This document shows, one piece after another, positions 28,303 through 32,000 of a stretch of 32,000 bases of DNA (within the stretch, counting starts at the first letter, position 1; each line of letters starts with the position of its first letter). The translations under genes were made by a program, and so were the position numbers. The notes beneath the pieces were generated by a model, which was not told the origin of the DNA, made no database searches, and was given only the letters and a program-made list of their open reading frames with translations. Origin of the DNA: Bacillus subtilis subsp. subtilis str. 168 (GTDB taxonomy: Bacteria > Bacillota > Bacilli > Bacillales > Bacillaceae); NCBI RefSeq assembly GCF_000009045.1, contig NC_000964.3, positions 330,001 to 362,000 of the forward strand. The letters are read 5' to 3'.

Positions 28303-30435
28303 TTAAATAGGTATGATTCGGACGGCGCATACCTTAAAACCGGGCATTTTACAGGCTGGATCTAAGGCTTCCCCGATTAAATCATTCACATTTTGAGCGT
28401 CTGCCCAATGGATGGGAACAAAAACGGTATCTTTTCTGATTTGTTCTGATAATTTGCTGCGGACGGTGATGCTTCCCCGCGGCGATTCTATTTTTACCAG
28501 TACACGGTCCTCGATATTGTAGGTCGCTGCTGTTTGCGGATGGATCTCCATAAACGATTCAAAATGTCTCGCGGCAAGGGCGGCGCTTTTTCTTGTTTGG
28601 ACGCCTGTTAAGTAGTGAGACATGACTCTGCCTGTCGTTAAATAAAGCGGATAATCGGCTGTCGGCTTCTCTTTTGGAACAGGTGGTTCGTTTGGAATCA
28701 CACTTAATGCCGCTTTTTGATCCGGATGAGCAAATGATTCTGTAAACAAGCGCCCAGTTCCGGGATGATCAGATTCCGGACACGGCCAATGAATGCCGCC
28801 TTCACGTCTGAGCCTGCCGTATGAGATGCCTGAATAATCGGCAATCCCGCCTCGGCTCGCTTCTCTCAATTCATTGAAAATATCCTCCGCTGACGTATAA
28901 GAAAAGTAGCGGCCCTTGCCGAGAGCGGATGCGAGATCACAAATGATCTGCCAATCATGCTTTGCTTCGCCGGGGCATGGCCGGCTTGCTTCTCTTAATG
29001 TCACGCGTCCTTCTACATTTGTCATGGTGCCTTCATCTTCTAAGTAAGAGGAGGCAGGTAAAATCACATCTGCGTATTTCGCAGTCTCAGAAATAAACAA
29101 ATCGATTGCGACAAAGAATGTCAGTCTTCTTAAAGCCTTTTTCACGAGATTTGCATTTGGACTGGAAACAGCAGGGTTGGAGCACATGAGGAACAGTCCT
29201 TTGATGTCGCCGTCATTGATTTTTTCCATCATTTCATAGGCTGAGACACCTTTTCGCGGGAGTTCATCCTGATGGATTCCCCACACTTTCGCAATATGCG
29301 CCCGGTGTTCTTCGTTTTCGATAGAACGGTAGCCTGGAAGCTGATCGGCTTTTTGGCCATGCTCTCTGGCGCCTTGCCCGTTGCCTTGTCCGGTGATCGC
29401 CCCGTAGCCCGAGTAAGGTTTGCCGATTTTTCCTGTGATCAGCACCATGTTTAAGAAGCCTTTCACAGCCGCTGTTCCATCGGTTTGCTGTTCAATCCCG
29501 CGGGCTGTAAACAGCATGCCGGACGTTTCCTTGGCAAACTTCACAGCAGCTTTTCTTATATCCACCAGCGAGACACTCGTCTGTTCGGCGATGTCATTCA
29601 GGTCCAACGAGTCAGTATGCTGCTTCAGCTCTTCGAATCCATTTGTTCGTGATTGAATGAAATCCTCGTTTATAAGCTGTTCGTCAATGATGATTTTGAC
29701 GAGACCGTTGGCAAGGGCGGCGTCTGTGCCGGGTTTGATTTTCAGATGAAGATCGGCGATTTTCGTTGTCGCTGTTTCACGAGGATCAATGGCAATGAAG
29801 TAAGCTCCGTTTTCTTTCGCTTTTTCAAAATACGGCATAATCGTAGGCTGGCATTCCGCAATATTGGTGCCGGCCAGAATGATCACACGGGTGTGGGGGA
29901 TGTCTGATAAAGGATTCGTTAAGCCTCTGTCCGCGCCGAATGTTTGGTTGGCTGCGGTGGCTGCTGCGGACATACAAAGTCTCCCGTTGTAGTCGATGTA
30001 TTTTGTCTGTAAGCCTACTCGTGCGAACTTCCCTAACAAATACGCCTCTTCATTTGTAATCGAGGCGCTTCCGTATACCGCCATGGCGTCATGTCCGTGT
30101 TCAGTTTGGATCATTGTCACTTGGTCTTTGATATGATTCAGTGCTTCTTCCCAGGAAACAGGCATAAACTCGCCGTTTTTCTTCAGCAGCGGCCGGGTGA
30201 TGCGGGAGGAGTTCAAGGCATGCTGGTGAGCATTCATGCCCTTGATGCATAGCCGACCCTGTGTCGTAGGATTATCAATCCCGATCGCAGTGTACTTTTT
30301 GCGCGTGACGATGGTTTGTTCCACGAGCTGCATTTTGCACTGCATGCTGCAAAACGGGCATTGAGTGTCATATGTTTTTTCTGATTGGACGTCTTGCTGT
30401 TTATCACGGAAATATCTAAGCAGTCGTTCAGTCAA
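28303..30435 (-). CDS. nasC: Assimilatory nitrate reductase catalytic subunit (molybdopterin, 4Fe-4S)
   Basis: 710-aa ORF. N-terminal CPFCSMQCKMQL...GRLCIKG, molybdopterin oxidoreductase motifs GTNIAECQP and NVEGRVTLREASRPCPGEAKHDWQII. Confidence 0.96.
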   Translation of the reverse strand: MTERLLRYFRDKQQDVQSEKTYDTQCPFCSMQCKMQLVEQTIVTRKKYTAIGIDNPTTQGRLCIKGMNAHQHALNSSRITRPLLKKNGEFMPVSWEEALNHIKDQVTMIQTEHGHDAMAVYGSASITNEEAYLLGKFARVGLQTKYIDYNGRLCMSAAATAANQTFGADRGLTNPLSDIPHTRVIILAGTNIAECQPTIMPYFEKAKENGAYFIAIDPRETATTKIADLHLKIKPGTDAALANGLVKIIIDEQLINEDFIQSRTNGFEELKQHTDSLDLNDIAEQTSVSLVDIRKAAVKFAKETSGMLFTARGIEQQTDGTAAVKGFLNMVLITGKIGKPYSGYGAITGQGNGQGAREHGQKADQLPGYRSIENEEHRAHIAKVWGIHQDELPRKGVSAYEMMEKINDGDIKGLFLMCSNPAVSSPNANLVKKALRRLTFFVAIDLFISETAKYADVILPASSYLEDEGTMTNVEGRVTLREASRPCPGEAKHDWQIICDLASALGKGRYFSYTSAEDIFNELREASRGGIADYSGISYGRLRREGGIHWPCPESDHPGTGRLFTESFAHPDQKAALSVIPNEPPVPKEKPTADYPLYLTTGRVMSHYLTGVQTRKSAALAARHFESFMEIHPQTAATYNIEDRVLVKIESPRGSITVRSKLSEQIRKDTVFVPIHWADAQNVNDLIGEALDPACKMPGFKVCAVRIIPI

Positions 30436-30441
30436 AATGCC

Positions 30442-32000
30442 TCATCCTTTCTTATATGCGCCCGTCTCTACAGTCGGGTTTTGAATCAGTGACAGATCTG
30501 TTTGGAGGCTTTCCAGCAGCTGTGCCCTTAGGTCTTCTTCGAATAGCACTTCTCTGATATGAACGATCCCGAGACGGTCTATCCACTGATGAACACCTTC
30601 TAAGTAATGAGCCGTTTCCCGATAATACTGGATCAGTCCTTTGATCATGCCGGCAGTGCTGTCTTCGTTCTCAGTCACGCAAAACAAAGCTCCTGAACGG
30701 GCATGAGTTCCCCGGACGCCGCCGATGTGAATGTCCCAGCCAGCTTGTGTCCGAATTGCGCCGACATCTTGCAGGGCGGCCTCGGTGCAGTCTGTTTCAC
30801 ATGATAAGCTGATAGAAATGGGAGCGGGTAAGGGAAGCATCTCAAGTTGTCTTTCGATTTGGGCTGCCAGCTGCTGAATCGATCGATTTTGCCCGCATGT
30901 ACATGCTTTGATGCTTTGCAGCGCGTGTCGGTGTTCATTAGTGTAAACGGGCATTTTCAGGTCTTTTTTCATGTTCGGGAGATCCGCAGGCTTGATCCCG
31001 GAAAGCTTCAGCCTTTGGCCGTGAGTGATGGATACGTCGGGAATGCTGTATGCCTCAATGATGTTGGCGATGGTTCTTAGCTGCTCCGCGTTTGTCCGCC
31101 CGCCGTACATTTGCGGAATCAGGATGCATGTCTCTTCAGTGGCTGGCTCAGGCTGGACAAACCCAGGGTACAGCATTTCCAGATAGTATTGAATCGCAGG
31201 AACACAAGTACTGCATCCGTTTTTTGTTTTCCAGTCAAGCTGGTTCATCACTTCTGCCGGATTAGTGAATGGCCTGCGCTGAAGCTCAGCGATGATGTCG
31301 TCTTCTGTAAAATCAGTACAGCTGCAAAACGAAGGTGTGCTGGCGGGCTTCGTATATTCGCTGTTGGTCATGTATCTCAAAAGGTCTTCAACGAGCGGTT
31401 TGCATCCTCCGCAGGACCCAGTGGCTTTGGTGCAGTGCTTGACTTCCTCAACAGTTGTTAAGCTATTCGTGTGCACCGCGTCTTCAATCGCGCCTTTCGT
31501 CACTGTGTTGCATTGGCAAATCGTTTCACTGGAAGGCATGGATTCAAATAAAGGGCCGCTTGTCTCCGGTTCGATGATCTGTTTTTTGGCAATGGAGATG
31601 TCTCGTTGTTTAAGCAGGCTGTCGAGAAGCCGCTGCTTGTCACGGGTGTCTCCGAATAAAATAACGCCGGCCAGTTTGTCATCTACAAAAAGCGCTTTTT
31701 TATAAACGCCTGCTTGTTCGTCGTAGATTTTGATGCTCGTCGTGCGTTCATCCTCTTGGATCTTTCCTGCTGACCACACATCGATTCCAGCTATTTTTAA
31801 CGCCGCAGATGGTGCTGAGCCTTGATATTCCTCACATGGAACGCCGCAAATATGACTGGCGAGCGCTTTTCCCTGCTCATAAAGCGGAGCCACCAATCCG
31901 TACACCGTTCCGTTATGCTCAGCGCATTCACCAACGGCGTAGATATTCGGTTCGCTTGTCTGCATGAAGTCATTCACGATGATCCCGCGGTTCACTTTGA
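30442..32000 (-). CDS. nasB: Assimilatory nitrate reductase electron transfer subunit, 3' part (5' end outside window)
   Basis: 517-aa open region continuing past 31995 (next upstream codon AAA). NADH/FAD module, BFD-like Cys motifs CQC...CTKATGSCGGC and CSC...CSTC. Directly upstream of nasC. Confidence 0.95.
   Translation of the reverse strand, partial: KVNRGIIVNDFMQTSEPNIYAVGECAEHNGTVYGLVAPLYEQGKALASHICGVPCEEYQGSAPSAALKIAGIDVWSAGKIQEDERTTSIKIYDEQAGVYKKALFVDDKLAGVILFGDTRDKQRLLDSLLKQRDISIAKKQIIEPETSGPLFESMPSSETICQCNTVTKGAIEDAVHTNSLTTVEEVKHCTKATGSCGGCKPLVEDLLRYMTNSEYTKPASTPSFCSCTDFTEDDIIAELQRRPFTNPAEVMNQLDWKTKNGCSTCVPAIQYYLEMLYPGFVQPEPATEETCILIPQMYGGRTNAEQLRTIANIIEAYSIPDVSITHGQRLKLSGIKPADLPNMKKDLKMPVYTNEHRHALQSIKACTCGQNRSIQQLAAQIERQLEMLPLPAPISISLSCETDCTEAALQDVGAIRTQAGWDIHIGGVRGTHARSGALFCVTENEDSTAGMIKGLIQYYRETAHYLEGVHQWIDRLGIVHIREVLFEEDLRAQLLESLQTDLSLIQNPTVETGAYKKG

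Overview
The window reads as an ordinary chromosomal segment of Bacillus subtilis (or a very close relative). I recognised the gene order and protein sequences from memory; no search was run. Left to right: 3' part of ldh, lctP, bmr3/mdr (-), ycgE, ycgF, ycgG, ycgH (-), ycgI, nadE, tmrB (-), aroK, ycgJ (-), ycgK, cah, ycgL, putB-putC-putP, putR, ycgQ-ycgR (-), ycgS (-), ycgT, then the nitrate/nitrite assimilation genes nasF-nasE-nasD-nasC and the 3' part of nasB (all -). I see no rRNA or tRNA genes, CRISPR arrays, mobile elements or defence-like gene cassette, and no evidence of a wholly new multigene system. The points most worth a second look are: (1) putP has no ATG/GTG/TTG start where family conservation and a strong Shine-Dalgarno place it; the codon there is ATA. 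(2) NasB carries a C-terminal domain homologous to the NasD siroheme/4Fe-4S reductase domain, with one cluster cysteine replaced. (3) An exact TnrA-type box (TGTNA-N7-TNACA) sits beside an NsrR-like sequence in the nasC/nasD gap. (4) Several palindromes lie in divergent intergenic regions beside regulator genes.
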